64,000 nt of DNA from Eledone cirrhosa (GCA_964016885.1 OZ024740.1:298530001-298594000); one strand, 5' to 3'; shown: positions 20,833-35,668, counted from the first letter of the stretch. A program made the numbers and translations. Notes: generated by a model not told the origin, from the letters alone.

Positions 20833-23449
20833 CAGATATTTTACTCAACGCCTACAACAGTAAAGAAGAACAGATAGAGACATTCAATGTAGAAGAGAAC
20901 TGGGAGTTCCTAAAAAATAACTTACTAGAGGCGACGGATGAGGTCTGTGGCTGGAGTAAGACCTCAAGCAGGAGGAGAGTGACTTGGTGGTGGAACAATA
21001 AGGTAGATGAGGCAGTTAAGGCCAAGAGACAGGCATGGAAAGAATGGAAGAACGGGGGGAGCAGGGTACATTACATAGAGACCAAGAGGGAAGCTAGGCG
21101 ACAAGTATACTTAGCTAGGAGGGAAGCAGAGGATAGAAAATTCAAGCATGTTTTGCAACGTGAGGACCAGAAACAGGAGGTGTTGAAGATTGCGAGGCAG
21201 TGTGTCAGAGAGAATTGTGATGGCATTGGAGAGAAGTGTATCCGGAATGATAAAGGTGAGCTTGCCCTCACAAGTGCTGAGAAGAAAGAAGCATGGAAGA
21301 GTCATTATGATAGATTACTAAATGAGGAGAATGCATGGGAAGAAGAGACCCTACCCCAAGTAGACCCTATAGAGGGGCTAGCAGTACAAGTCAGCAGCAG
21401 CGTAGTAAGTAAGGCAATCAAAGATATGAAGATGGGGAAGGCAACCGGTCCATCGGGTATAGCTGCCGAGATGCTGAAGGCATCTGGGTCTGTAGGTCAC
21501 ACTATAACCACACGTATTGTTAACCAGGTAATACTAGAAGGTGTCATACCAAAAGATTGGTGCAGTAGCATCATTGTCAACTGCTACAAAGGTAAAGGTG
21601 ATGCACTAGATAGAGGAAACTATAGAGGTATAAAGCTGATGGACCAGGTCATGAAAGTAACAGAAAGAGTTATAGCACAGTTGATTAGGGACCGGGTGAA
21701 ACTAGACGAGATGCAATTTGGGTTTGTACCAGGAAGAGGCACCACTGATGCCCTATTCCTTGTCAGGTAGTTACAGGAAAAGTAGCTAGCTAAAAGTAAG
21801 CCACTCTACTTGGCATTTGTCGACCTTGAGAAAGCCTTTGACAGAGTTCCACGTGCTGTAATCTGGTGGGCTCTTAGAAAACTAGGAGTAGATGAATGGC
21901 TTGTGAAAGCGGTACAAGCCATGTATAGGGGAGCAGTCAGCAAAGTTAGGATTAGCAATGAGTATAGCGAGGAATTTAGCGTACAGGTTGGGGTCCACCA
22001 GGGCTCTGTTCTTAGCCCCCTCCTGTTCATCATAGTCCTGCAGGCAATAACGGAGGAGTTTAAGACCGGATGCCCATGGGAACTCCTGTATGCTGATAAC
22101 CTCGCACTTATAGCTGAATCTATGGTAGAACTAGAGAATAAATTCCAAACTTGGAAGCAGGGACTAGAAAGAAAGGGTCTCAAAGTCAACATGACAAAGA
22201 CTAAGGTCCTTGTAAGTAGACGAGAAAACAGAACCTAGATCCCTTCAGGGAAATGGCCTTGCTCAGTATGTAGGAAACGTGTAGGTAGGAACTCCATTCT
22301 CTGCCCCAAATGCAAACAATGGGTACACAAGTGATGTAGCGGGATCTCAGGAAGCTTAATTAAGAATGTAGGCTTCACATGGAGCAGCTGTGCTGGGACA
22401 GCAAACAGCCACAGGAAACAAGTACCACCAATCTCTGGGAGGGCTCTGTAGAAACAGTAGACAGCTTCTGCTACCTAGGTGACCGAATTAGCAGCGGAGG
22501 TTGGTGTTCAGAAAGTACAATAACTAGGGTAAGAACGGGATGGAAGAAGTTTAGGGAACTACTACCACTGCTAGCTGCCACCTAGGTGACCGAAAGGCAG
22601 CGGAGGTGGGTGTTCAGAAAGTACAATCACTCGGGTAAGAACGGGATGGAAGAAGTTTAGGGAACTACTACCACTGCTAGTTGCAAAAGGTTTCTCCCTC
22701 AAAATGAAAGGCAGACTGTATGATGACTGTATGATGCGTGTATCCGAACAGCGATGTTGCATGGTAGTGAGACCTGGGTGCTGAAGTTGGAAGACTTACG
22801 TAGATTAGAGAGAAACGAAGCCTGCATGCTCCGATGGATGTGTAATAGTAATATACGCGAACGACAAAGCATAAATGAATTGAGAGAGAGACTGAGGAAT
22901 CAAATGCTGTGTGCAGTAGAGGCGGTTGCGTTGGTATGGACATGTGAAGCGTATGAAGGATGACAGCTGCATAAAAAGGTGCAGAGCACTAGAAGTTGAT
23001 GGAAACCGCGGAGTGGGGAGACCCAAGATGACCTGGGATGAGGTGATAAAAGCCGACCTTACCCAATTACACCTCTCAAAGGCGATGACACACGACCATG
23101 ACATCTGGCGTCACGCAGTAATACAGAGTACCCGACCTCCCATGGGTACAAGCTGAAGCATAGAGACAATATGCCCCCACACCCCCCACTGCAAGGTGGT
23201 CGTGGAGGTGCTACGGCAAAAAAGCACCCAGCCCATACTGTAAAGTGGACGTGTAGGTGCCACGAAAAAGCACCCAGCACTCACTGTAAATGAGGTTGGT
23301 GTTAGGAAGGGCATCCAGCTGTAGAAATCAAACCAAATCAGTTCCTGTATGAGCAAGGCATGGTCAGCCAACCAGACACTGCCCACAACAGGACAACCCG
23401 TCTAACCCATGCTAGCGTGGAAGAACGGACGTAAAACGGTGATGATGAT
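20833..23449 (+). mobile_element. RTE-clade LINE, 5'-truncated, with stops and a 107-bp internal tandem duplication
   Basis: ORFs 20979-21770 and 21810-22238 (YKGKGD..NYRGIKL, FVDLEKAFD, GVHQGSVLSP, LYADNL), PHD remnant, RWYGHV; 3' UTR and (GAT)n tail. Confidence 0.93.
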
Positions 23450-24976
23450 ACACACACCTATGTGTGTATATTTGTGTTACTGCTTTATTAAATTTATTTA
23501 CTTAGGTAGTCTTACAATCTTTCAAACTTATTTGTCTATTTCATGCTAAGGTTGGAAATATCAATGTAGTAAGGGCAAGTATTAGTAGATCAGGTAGGTA
23601 TCTTTAAGTTCCAACTCTGCTGAGGTGGATTTAACCCTGAATTTCTTTCTGGTTGATCAAATATAGAAACCTAACTAAAATATTCTACAAATATGTGCAC
23701 TTAGTTGTGTGGTTAAGAAATTCACTTGACAACCACATGGTTTTGGTTTCAGTGTCACTGCTTGGCACCTTGGACAAGTGTCTTCCACTATTGCCTCTGG
23801 GTGACCAATACCTTCCTCATGCAGTGATGAAAAACAATATTAGTCATTGACTAATATTAGCTGAAAAGTTTCAATAAGAATGCAAGATAACTCTGTACAT
23901 AGTTGGCTTTATTATGACCTTATCGGCAAACCATTTAGAATTTACAGTAAATGACAAAGTAGTTATTAGAGAATCACGAAATGAATGCACAAGACTGTAC
24001 ATTATTTAGTGTAGGAAAATGGAATAGTTTGGAGAAGAAATAACTCAAAAGCACCATACATATGTCTTAATAAGATGGAAACATGTCTGGAGTTGTTTCC
24101 TGAGCTTGCCGAAATAATTCAAATGATATTAGTAATTGACTAATACAGCTTATTTTTTTCACTGCATAGTTACTATAATTAACTATTTAATGCTTAATCA
24201 TATTAGTATGAGTGACTGAAAAGCTATTGAATGTGACTGAATAATAATTGTGTTTTTGTATGAGAGTGCTAGTAGTAATCAGAATTATTAGTGACTTCAG
24301 AAATTAGTTGAATACATTCAACCAGATTTGTTCAAGAAAATCTATGACAAGAAGGCAGCTGATTGAATATATTCTATATATTCCACCTTATTTCGAAGTT
24401 TAAAGTGTACCACCAGTCTCTGTTGAAATTCATTGTTTGGTCAGTATTCCATTGTTGCCATCTCAGTCATTATTGAAGACATACTGCTCTAAGATTTATA
24501 GATGTTCCATGGCTGAGTGAATATGGTACTGTGATCTATAAGTTGAAATCTACTACAGATATTTCATTGTCAGTGGACAATATTCTTTATTCTATATGCT
24601 GGAGTTCATCAAGCTGGTAAATTTGTTTGTTGTAATATGGTCTCCTAAGTAGGTGACATTTTTTTTTCCTTTCATATGTGTAATGTTACAGAAACCAGAT
24701 TTAATTAAAAGACTAACAGACAATTGAAGTTCATGCATGAATAGTGAATGATTCTGGTATTCAAAATATGCCAATTTTGAAGCTACTAAGAAATTTGATG
24801 AAGATTTAGTTGCTACATAAGTAGGTTAAATGACAATACATAAGTTCTATTGTTCAATGGAGATTTCAAGGAGCCTTTAGTTATTCACAACAATATCCAT
24901 CCTATAACAAGGTTAAATGTTAAAATTGAAGGAGTTGAATATTGGGATGTTTTGGCAAAAATCAGTTCAGTATTGC

Positions 24977-25182
24977 TTAACCCTTTCATTATATTTTTTC
25001 TAAAAGACATTGCCTATGATTTTCAAATAATTTTTAAAATAATCAAGAACTTGGAGGGATTTAGTTGGAACATAGCTTAACAAAGTATTCTTACATAAAA
25101 TTATGATGGAATGTTTAAACACAAATGACTTTGCATTATAGGACCAAGTGTGGTTTCAGGTGGTTTGGTATCAGAAGGGTAA
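24977..25182. mobile_element. TTAA-flanked MITE family D (piggyBac-like CCCTT ends)
   Basis: ttaaCCCTTTC...AGAAGGGtaaa; related copies at about 38092-38347, 48645-49272, 53960-54187 and 58752-58985. Confidence 0.6.
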
Positions 25183-25490
25183 AATATATAAATAATGTAC
25201 TGTGATGAGAAGAGAATTCTGATGTTTCAGACAGCATTCTATAATATATTGGTTATTAATATCACACATTAACAATTCAGCAATTACATCTTTAATGAAA
25301 TACATATTCCTATTTGTTTCATCTTTCTCTTGACTTTCTTAGATTGGATAGGTAGTTTTGAAAATATAAACAATTTTTAACAAAATTATTTTGCATTTGT
25401 TTATATTCTATATAAACTCTCAGTTGAAATTATGGTACTGAAACTATAGAATTTGAGGAAACTAGTGATGTCAGTTTTCTCAATTTCCTC

Positions 25491-25940
25491 ATCTTCTTCT
25501 TCTCTACCCACTTATTTATAAGAGGCTCATGGGAGCAGAATCCTTAAACACTCCTTCCAGCAGATCCTGTCAGAAGCAACTGTTTTCAGCTTAGCTCATG
25601 GATGTTATCCAACCATCTTGCTCAGGGTCTACCCTGGGTCTCCTGCCGGCTGGTTTTGCCTGTAAAATCTGTCCAGCAATTCTTTCTTGAGACATTCTAA
25701 CCACATGTCCATAGTATCAGAGCTGTGATCTCTCAATTCGAAGAAGTAGCACCTCTACTTGGAGTGACTCTTAGATCTCTGAGCTACGCACTCTATAGAG
25801 TAACGTTACTCTAAAAGACCCTTCAGAGGAGCCCGATTTCAGTCACTTGTATTTGCAATCATATTCTTTCAGTCATTATCCAAGATTTATGACCATAGGT
25901 AAGGGTTGGCATGAATACCGAATTGAAGATAGCAAAGTCC
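25491..25940 (-). mobile_element. Rex3/Expander-like RTE 3' fragment
   Basis: Reverse complement is homologous to 28400-28862. Confidence 0.75.
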
Positions 25941-27928
25941 ATTTCCTCATGACATACTAATTCCAATTTGTAAACTTTTGATACTCTTTTACATTTACAA
26001 AATATTCTTTTGAAATTTTGTTATAAAGCATTTTAATGTTTCCTCTTTTTACAAATATATGGTATTTGTTGTATTGAATGGTACCAGGCTGTGTGTATCA
26101 ATATATGGAGATAACAGAAGGACTATGACAAGAAAAATAATTCACATTCAACAGATTTAATCTTTACCAATATATCAAAGAAAACAAAAATGCTATTCCC
26201 AATAGAAAACTAAAAAACTTCAGTTAAAAACATGAGATTAACGTTATAACAGCCAGGGCAATTGGTTCGATGAAAAAGGAAACATTCTTTTTATGGTTCT
26301 AATGTATGACGAACAGTTGTTCTAAAATTCACATTGTGACATTATACAGAATTTGTTCATAGTTTACAATTTTCTCTTCAATGGAAAAATTTCTTAGAAA
26401 TATCAAAAAAATGTTAGGAAAGAAATGTCTGACAATGCAAACTATGAATATTCCTTATGTATTTATACATAATACTTTGTAAGAGACACAAGAATTTGAA
26501 GTAACTAACATAGTTTGGTTAGAAGTGGTAGTGAGTTGTTTATCAAAAGCTGAATTGTGAATGTCTTGGTAAAATTTGATCCTTTTATAAGTTGTTGGAT
26601 GTTGAAATTGGATTACCAGAGATAGTTTAGGAAAATGATTTGATTGATCCTTTACTCTTTAGGTCTGAATATTAATTTCTGCCAATCAAATCAGTATGAA
26701 ATTATTATGTGACAGTTTCTTAGAGTTCTCTGTGATGTTCAAATTTCATATCAGAACTGTGTATTTGTGTGTTTATTACATGTGTTACCATGGTGTGAAA
26801 TGAAACTACTATTGTTGCATGTATGTGGTTAGATGTTATATGTGTAACCTAAGCTGTCATAGTTATATGTTGTGTCATATCACTATAGTCTTTTAGCAGT
26901 AGTTTTTAAATGCCAATTAAAGACTACTGCATGGGGTAGATGTGGGTTTTGTAAGCCGTAGTGAAGGCAACCTGTCTAGGAGAGCAGAAATTCAAATAAA
27001 AACTAACACAGGGTGGAGAGGATCCTTGACTCCAGTGAGACAACCTCTCTATTGCTGGTGGCACGAATAATACACCCAGTCCACACTGTAAGGTGGTTGG
27101 TGATAGGATGGGCATCCAGCCAGAAAAACCCTACTAAAATTATGAACAGTACACCAAATACATGATGATGATGATGATGATAATGATGATGATGAAAGGT
27201 TTTCAAACTCTAAAAATTTGTTAGACATTTTAGAACATAGAGATGTTGGATTCTGTTAATAGTTCTGAGATGATTTAAACATCATCACTTGGATACTATT
27301 AAATATTTTGTCTTTGAACTATTTCTATTTCTTCTTCCTGTGCTAGCAAGGTTAGAATAGTATTTAGAAATCAGGATATTTGTATATGAATTGTTGGAGT
27401 AAACATTTTTGCAGCTAGATGCCTTTCCTATTATTAGTATATCATCTTTTTACATCATCATCATCACTGTTTAACATCCATTTTTCATAGATGAGGATGA
27501 CAATGATGTTTTACACTTAGAAAAGAGTTTGAATTCATGGTTTCTAGTGTAGCACTTGACCCTTTTGTGCCATTATTTCTAATATGAGTATGCTCCCTTT
27601 GTGTTTTGATTAATTAAGAATTATGAGAGGTTTAGTGAAATAACTAACTTTCAACTTAATAAAAAACAAATATTTAACTATTGAAATCTAATATTATCTG
27701 TCATGTAATAATCAGATTCCATTCCAACATTTGAATTTAAATCTCAACAGCTGGTTACAGGTGGGATTCTGTTTAAAAACTGAAAATTCAGGAAACACTG
27801 ACCATGAGAATGAAAATTGCTGAATTGAGAGAACAAAAATTTAAATCTTCTCATCATCACTACATTATATTTGTGACCACAGGGGCTTAACTTCGAGTGC
27901 ATGTCAGAGATCATCTTCTGTCAAGTTA

Positions 27929-28110
27929 ATAATTGTTTCTACTTTAGGCACAAGGCCAGCAATTATCCAGTGCATTACTGGTACTTTATTTTATCGACCC
28001 CGTAAGGATGAAAGGCAAAGTCAACCTCGGCGGGATTTGAACTCGGATTGTAAAGGGACGTAACTATGCTGTAAAGCATGGCGTCCGACCCTCTACCGAT
28101 ACTGCCAATA
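27929..28110 (-). mobile_element. SINE family B copy
   Basis: Reverse complement of the 38701-38893 sequence. Confidence 0.8.
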
Positions 28111-28114
28111 TACC

Positions 28115-28862
28115 ATGTCATCTGCAAATTTCAACTTGCACTTGAGAGGTTTGATGCCAAGTGCTGCATGGCTAGAATGAAAATCAGTGCTGTGAAAACT
28201 GAGACACTCGTCCTCTCAAGGAAGCCTATGCAGTGCACTTTACTTGTGAATTGAGTTCCACTGAAGCAAGTAGAGAAGTTCAAGTATCTCGAGGCTGTGT
28301 TCATGAGTGATGGAAGGCAGGTGGCTGAATTAAGTGTAAGAATTGCAAGAGCTGGTGCAGTAATGCACCAGCTTCAGCATTCGGTAATCAGAAGAGAGGT
28401 AGGTGTAAAAGCCAAACTCGCTATCTTCAATACAGTATTCATGAATCTGGTGTAATGACTGAAAGAATATGATTGCGATTACAAGCTGCTGAAATGGGGT
28501 TCCTCCAAAGATTCTTTGGAGTAATGTTACTTGTTAAAGTGTGTAGCCCAAAGATCAGAGGGTCACTCCAGGTTGAGTCGCTACTTCTCTGAATTGAGAG
28601 ATCACAACTCCAATACTATGGGCATGTGGTTAGAATGTCTTAAGAAAGAATCGCTGGACAGATTTTATGGGCAAAACCAACTGGTAGGAGACCCAGGAGT
28701 AGACCCCGAGCAAGATGGTTGGATAACGTCCTTGAGCGTAGCTGATCTCGCATGGGGATCCAGGCAGATCAGTTGGAAACAGTTGCTTCTGACAGGATCT
28801 GCTGGACAGAATTTGAGGATTCTGCCCCTACATCCCTCTCAAGAACAAGTGGACGAAGAAGA
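28115..28862 (+). mobile_element. Rex3/Expander-like RTE 3' fragment
   Basis: Degraded RMKISAVKTETLV..LKQVEKFKYL..LQAAEMGFL..IERSQLQYYGHVVRM..GRPRARWLD; GAA tail. Confidence 0.8.
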
Positions 28863-29344
28863 ACTTGTAGCTGAAAGCATCACTGTGAAATAGACAAGCA
28901 GTTTGTCATCTTCATAGCATTGTGTTCAGTCCCTTCTGTGGGACTGGAAAAAGTACCACATGAGTTCTTTGATCATCTTGGCTTGACATTGTTTCTGCTA
29001 TGTGGTTTTGGATTACTGGGAGGGGCTTAGATAATAAATCCTCTAATCAAATCTGGAGCTAGGGTCTATAATTTAGTCTGGTACATAACTATCACTCTGG
29101 CAATTCCTGAAGCAATACTGTTGGCAAACTATAGTGGTATTTCCCCATTTTAGAATTTTAATTAGTTATTTTGGATTGCACATGTATTGCAAAGGAAAGA
29201 GACAGTGGTAGCTACATGTTGATTGTTGGTTAGAGATAGACTAATAGGAGTGTGATATGGTAGGAGAGAATGAGTGATGAGTAACTGAAAAGTGTGTTGG
29301 TGAGGGTTGTGGATGACAGCTATGTCTCATATGGAAGAAAATGA

Positions 29345-29653
29345 TGATGATAGTTGTTAATGGGAGAGTGATGGTACTATACATAGGTACAAGTGATGAT
29401 AGATGTTAATGGGAGAGTGATGGTACTATACATAGGTACAAGTGATGATAGATGTTAATGGGAGAGTGATGGTACTATACATAGGTACAAGTGATGATAG
29501 ATGTTAATGGGAGAGTGATGGTACTATACATAGGTACAAGTGATGATAGGTGTTAATGGGAGAGTGATGGTACTATACATAGGTACATGTGATGATAGTT
29601 GTTAATGGGAGAGTGACGGTAATATACATAGGTACAAGTGATGATAGATGTTA
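29345..29653. repeat. Minisatellite, 49-bp unit, about 6.3 copies
   Basis: Unit GATGATAGATGTTAATGGGAGAGTGATGGTACTATACATAGGTACAAGT; TTAATGGGAG recurs at 29357, 29406 and 29455. Confidence 0.95.
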
Positions 29654-31879
29654 GAGACTCTGAATGGGAAGGAGAGAGTAACAGTTAGTAAAATCGAATT
29701 TGGAAATATATCTGATGCTTTCCTTCATTATTCAGATGTAGTGATGAGGAAGTAGACATAGTGATAAAGGTAGAGCATTGGTGGTGAGAAAGCAGCTGTG
29801 GTAAATGATGAGTGACACATACACGTGTGTGTATATGTGTGTAAGTGAGATGTGTCCATTTGTGTCTTTATGTATGCCTGTTTTTTTAGCTAAGCAGGTT
29901 GAGGATAGCCATAAAAGTAATGTAGTTTATTTAGGATTAAGGGGACATTGCAAGGAAAAATAATAAAACTGGTACAGAAAATTGATGGGTAAAAACTGGT
30001 ATGGAGATCAAAAGTTTAAAAAAGGTATAAAATGAATTGTCCTAAAAGGGTTCAATCACCTAAGTCCAATTAAAAAAAACCCAACAGATCAAGGATTGCC
30101 ATAATTGTCAAGGGCAGTTGTCCTCTCTCAGGCTCACACTCACTGAGAACAGACCCAGTCACATGAGACATTCTTGCCATTTTCATCCATCCTCTCATCT
30201 AATTCAATGGAAGGCAAAATTTATCCCTTATTGCTAACCTTCCTCTCCAAGTTTGGCCAAAGAGAAAACTGTGTATCTTTATGCTATTTCAATCTTGTCG
30301 ACTTTATAATCGCTTTGTTCATGGCCACCAGACAGTGTGTAATAATGACGAAAAACATGTTTAAAGCCATGTATAAGAAAAAGGTAGACAAAATTGTTTC
30401 CTGTCTGTTTTTGTCTTTCTTTAGTAACAAATTGTAAACAGACTGTATTGTTTAGACATTGTAACTACCGCCACATTGCCTGGAAGTAATCACTAGATGG
30501 TTTTTCTTTCATGATTATTAATATGTTTTATTAGAACTTGCTTAGTTGCTATCATAGTGGTGGTAGTACTACTAACAAGAATAACTGCTGCAACTGTGGG
30601 GTTTTGAGGCTCAGATTGTGACTATGATGTTAATGATAATAATGGTAGTGTATAGGTTATTGTGTTGATGTTGGCATTGTGATTGATGGAATGATGATAG
30701 CAATTTTGATGCTGATCTTGTAAGAGCCCCACTGTTAAGAACTGATTAACTCTCTTCATGTGTAAGTCTGTTGCTGCTGTTTCAACACCATTGTTTCGCA
30801 TCATTTCTATTTTGTTCTACTTAACATTACTTTATCTCTTGGGATTGGAAAGAGAAAGAAAGAGGGATATATAGATATAGATATAGAAAACACACGCATG
30901 GGGACACACAAGCACATATGTGTATCTATAAAGAAAGAGAAAGAAGAAGTGAGAAGGAGAAAAGAAGCTAGATTGAGGGAAAAGTTTAAGGTGGAAAATA
31001 CTAAATGTTTCTAGTAAAAGTGTTGTTGTTGCTATTTTTATTTGATATAACTTTATTTCATTATATAATTATTCAATAATATTTTTTTGACTCTGGGTAT
31101 CAAAGAAATCTTAATAGCATTTTGCTATTCATTTTAAGCCTATTGTGTGAAACTCATTATCATGTTTATAGTTTTTTGGTTATTTCTGCACCAAGGTTAA
31201 CTCAACTTTAGTACAGTTGGCTGTTGTCAAATATTTGCAATGGAGATGTCTTGGGGTGATGGTTATTGTATTCATGATGGTGGTGGTAACAGTGTCAAAG
31301 GATGTTGTTGCTCTTCTTTCTTCATCATCTAGATAATGTCAGTTAGGTAGAGGTGGTGGAGTTGGCCAATGTAGCAAACAGAGAGTCAGCTGGATTTTTA
31401 CTCTTTCACAGTTTCTCTTATTGTTATGAGTTCAAATCTTGAGATGTCTTTTTTTTTTTTTTTTATTCTTCTTCTCCTAAAGTCTTCAAAACATTCAACT
31501 TGTTTGTAAATATCTTGAATCTTTATAACTCACTGTGGACTAGTGAAGTTAAAATTACCAGAGAAAATATTCTAAGTTAGCATCAGGAGGGACTGGATAG
31601 CTATTGGACAGATTTATAGCTTTTTACTGACACTGGGAGGAAATCTAGCTCTAAATAGGTATTGTACTGCCAGGAAAAACTAACAAGTGATGCATTGATA
31701 TGTAGTGCTGAATTCAACTCCTTCCATATGCAAAAGCTGCATCAGCGGTAAGAAACCCACCTCAAGTGAGTGTTTCGGCCTTTAACTTCTTACACTCTAA
31801 GGGGATCAGGTCGCATCCAGGTCATGGCTCCTGGGTGCCCTTCTGCTAACATTTAGCCATTCAGATATCAGAGGCTTGC

Positions 31880-34584
31880 TAGCATTCACATTAATTTTCA
31901 AATGTCATGCTTATCTATTCACATTATTTTGGGATTGGCAGTATCGATAGAGAGTTGGACACAATGCTTTGAAGCATAGTTACGTCCCTTTATGATCTGA
32001 GTTCAAATCCCGCCGGGGTTAACTTTGCCTTTCATCCTTATGGGGTCGATAAAATAAAGTACCAGTAATGTACTGGGTAATTGCTGGTCTTGTGCCAAAA
32101 GTAGAAACAATTATTTTGAGTTAATCATACTCAAGAGGGTTATCAATTTTATTTGTTTGTAATTTTCTTAATTTTCTATGTGCAGACTTGAAATTTTGTC
32201 AGTAGATGTTTAAATATCAATAATTTACAATTGTATATTTTTACTGATTTTTTTGTTGTTAAATTTGACTTTTATGGGCAGGTGAAATTAATTAACAGGT
32301 GTAAAAGTAATGACTTTATGGATAAACACAAAAATTTAAACTTTATCTGACTTACCTGTTAGATTTGTTACATAAAATATCCAACAATGACCTAGATGTT
32401 GACTGCCAACAATTTTAGCACTTTTCCGAACAGGTGAATTAATTTAAAATGCAGGTATAATCAGTACACGGTTTTAGTCTGTCTCTACATTTCATGCAAA
32501 TATTTTCATTGAAAAAAGTGTATAAAACCCTTTCACCAGTCAAAATAATATTGGCAATGTACTCTTACACAATGTATTCAGTAGATTTAAAAAGAATGTG
32601 CTCAATATATAAGTTCATTAACAGGTGTGATGCAGGTGTGACATAGGTGAATGCAGGTGTTTTTTGTATCTAATGTGTTCCAATATATTTAAAAAATATT
32701 TTTTTCAATATTGTCAGACAATATTTCTATCATGATATTGGCCAAAACACCCTTTACATAATGGCACTTTGCAAAAGGAACACATAAACGAGGTTTCAAT
32801 TGGATAACCTTTAGCAGTTTTTCTCTTTTGCAAAGAGCACATTCGACAAACCTTCCTCCCATCAATTTTCTCCACTTTGTGAAAATCAATATTTCTTTGT
32901 TCACCTCAGATAATTTTGACTTTCTCCCAGCTTTGTGTTGCCGAGAAGTATATCCTCCACGTAGCTGAGATGTGACATCCACACAAAATTTCATGTGGCA
33001 GTAGTCCTTTGGTGGTGGCAGATCCTTGTGGCTTTTAGTGAATACAATAAAAAACTCAGAATGGTTGAATTTACTAAAAACCACAAGATATATCTCCACC
33101 ATTTCTTTCCAGGGCGTCCAACTGGGTAATATGCACAATATTGGTCGGATTTGTCAACCCCGCCCATATATTTATTATAGGAGAGGTTGACTAGAAGATA
33201 GGAACAAAATTTGCCATTTGTCTTTGTATAATGTGGCTAACATGTTCCCTTTTTGCACTTAGAGAATGTCCCCTCTCTTTTTAAATTTTGTGACTTTTAT
33301 TTCTTGGGGTAGCCCTTTGCGATTCCCCATTATTGTACCGCAGGTGTGCGTATTTATGAGGGCGAGATCCTTTGCTAGAAGCACTGAAGAAAAAAAACGG
33401 TCAAAATATATGTGCCTGTGTTGAGAGTGGGAAGGGTTCAGTCAGAGACCACACAACATCGTACCCCAATCCATTTATTCTCTCTCCACCGTTGTGTTTC
33501 TTTCCTGTGTAAACATCAAAGTAGCCTGTGTCCGATTCACAGAGTTCCCACACCTTGATGCCCCATTTGGTGGGTTTAGCTGGCATATATTGTCTGAAAT
33601 ATACTCTACCCTTATACCCAATCATAGCTTCATCAAAACTAAGATTTTTCCCAGGTATATATACTGTTTTAAATTTTTCAGGTAGCATTTTAATTAATGG
33701 TCGAACTTTATACAGAGGGTCATAATTCAATTCATTTCTACCGGGGGGCATTTGAAGTATCAACCAGGTGCAAATACTGGTTTAATTTTAAATACCTTGT
33801 TTTTGCCATAATACTTGATATATAAGGGTCACTAAACCTTATATCAGTGCTCCAGTAATTCCACAGTCTTGGAAATTGTTTTATACCAAACATAATATTT
33901 ATGGTAAAAAATGCTTGCATCTCCGCAGCATCTGTCGGTCCCCATAACAGATCGGCTTTTCTTTGATTTGAAATCTGTTGTTGGGCATATCGATCAGTCT
34001 CTTTTGCCACAACTTCGAAGAAAGTTTGTGGCAAAAACAAAAAGAAATAATCCAGTGCTTTAGCATTGGGAGGTAATGTGTGTTGTGGACTAGTATTTTC
34101 AATAAAATTGGGAACATGTATAGGTATTGTATTTTTCGACCACGTTGCTCTAATATATCTTCAATGGCGCCCTGGAGATCTCCTTCGTTTTCACTTTCAA
34201 AACAACAATCATCGTCAGATGAAATTTCAGAAATGTAAACATCTGATTCATTTGAGGATAAATCACTAATATTATCTTTTGTTTCTTGTCCATTTTGAAT
34301 GTCGTGTGCAAAACCTTCAAAGTTGGTATAGCTACCTTCACAAGACCTGTTGATACACACAAAATATCTGTTCTACTTTCAACGTTAAAAAAACGTGTTG
34401 TTTCAAGTTGTTTCACTATGTTAAGTGTTAATTTTTGCGGTAAGGGCCTAATCTCGCAGTAATCTGGAATTGACGAGATTTTGATGACGGTATTGGTTAT
34501 TTTTAGAACAATATTTTAGTGTGGGTGTTATTGGCCGTTTTGGGTCGGATTGAACAAATTGCGGCTGGTTTGAACACTAAAGGG
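31880..34584 (-). mobile_element. piggyBac DNA transposon fossil (PGBD4-like transposase, frameshifted)
   Basis: ORF pieces: ETDRYAQQ..W..EMQAFF..YWS..YLHLVD; DPLYKVRPLI..LSFDEAMIGYKGR..QYMPAKPTKWGIKVW; YNKYMGGVDKSDQ; Cys-rich C-terminus. The right end is AGGG followed by TTAA (34585-34588). The left end is degenerate and interrupted by a SINE. Confidence 0.9.
31930..32115 (+). mobile_element. SINE family B inserted in the piggyBac end
   Basis: Full body present; flanked by the TTATTTTG duplication. Confidence 0.8.
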
Positions 34585-34779
34585 TTAAACCATCTGGAGA
34601 TTTTATTTCCAGGATCTAGCTGAAATTCTTCTCTGTTGCCTCTGCTTTTAAACTTATATTTAAAAGCTTTCTTGAATTAAAAAAATACAGTCTTAATCAT
34701 TGCAGAAAAGAAAACCTGAGATCAGTTCTTTGTGATTCAAAGGAAATAGTTTGCTAACATACCTTCCACTTTACATTTT

Positions 34780-35105
34780 AAATACAACCCCATCTCTTCT
34801 GCTTTTATTCCAACCTTCATGCTTATTAAATTTTACATATCTATCTCCAACAAAATTTTAATTTAAGTGGTAACATACCTGTGACAGTTAATTTTCTTTA
34901 GACATTAAAAAAAGATTATACATGACAAAATCATAAGAAATCCCATATGTTATAAAATAAATAGAATAGGTTGGGGTCTCAATATGTAAACTAAATGACT
35001 AATTCTGGTTTTTAAAAGAAAAATCAATGGAGACAACCTAGAAAAATTATCGACTTCCCCCTCACTTATTCCAAACTTCCCCTATTAATGGGACCTGAGA
35101 GTACA
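34780..35105. repeat. Dispersed repeat (MITE-like); second copy at about 43040-43372
   Basis: Shared blocks cttattccaac, ataagaaatcccatatgttataaaataaata, aaatcaatggagacaa and ggac..gagta. Confidence 0.65.
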
Positions 35106-35612
35106 CATTGAACAGTTCATGCATCTGTAATGATTGCCACATTTGTATATTGTGGAGACAGGATTATATCTGTTAGTTAATCAGAACAGCAAAACTTTGA
35201 TCGTTAAACATTGGTTGTAAAGATGCTAGAAAGAACAGTGTCCATAATTTGTCATGTGCTTTTGCAGTTTGGTAACCATCATAATATCTTAATGCTAAGC
35301 ACTCAATTATGAGTGCTGAGGTTTGTAGCTATAAGATAAGTTGTTGATAACAATATAGTCTGTTACTACATATCTTTTAAGTTGTTAGCAACAATCTATA
35401 GAACCAGCAACTTAGCATAGCCATATTTCAATTTTGAAGTGTTTTGTTTTCATAAGAACACAATCTGAACTGATAATAAAAACTAAAATTCTAGGAATTT
35501 AGTGATGGTCTACATTGTCAAAAAGGTATTGTAAATATTTGTAAAATAATATGTTGCAGCATATATATGTATATATATATAGGGCAAGCGGCCATTAAAA
35601 TGACAATGATGA

Positions 35613-35668
<56 letters not shown>

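Larger units (their letters stand above)
23830..26640 (+). mobile_element. Possible highly decayed hAT transposase, interrupted by a MITE and an RTE fragment
   Basis: Remnants DGNMSGVV (about 24074) and FFHCIV..IN (about 24155) resemble the hAT DG..NMSG..HCxxH motifs; KFDPFISCW near 26580 resembles a hAT C-terminus. Many stops; a weak call. Confidence 0.3.

Noticed and set aside
29345-29653. Possible CRISPR or retrozyme array
   Set aside because: Plain 49-bp tandem repeat with no spacers and no hammerhead core.
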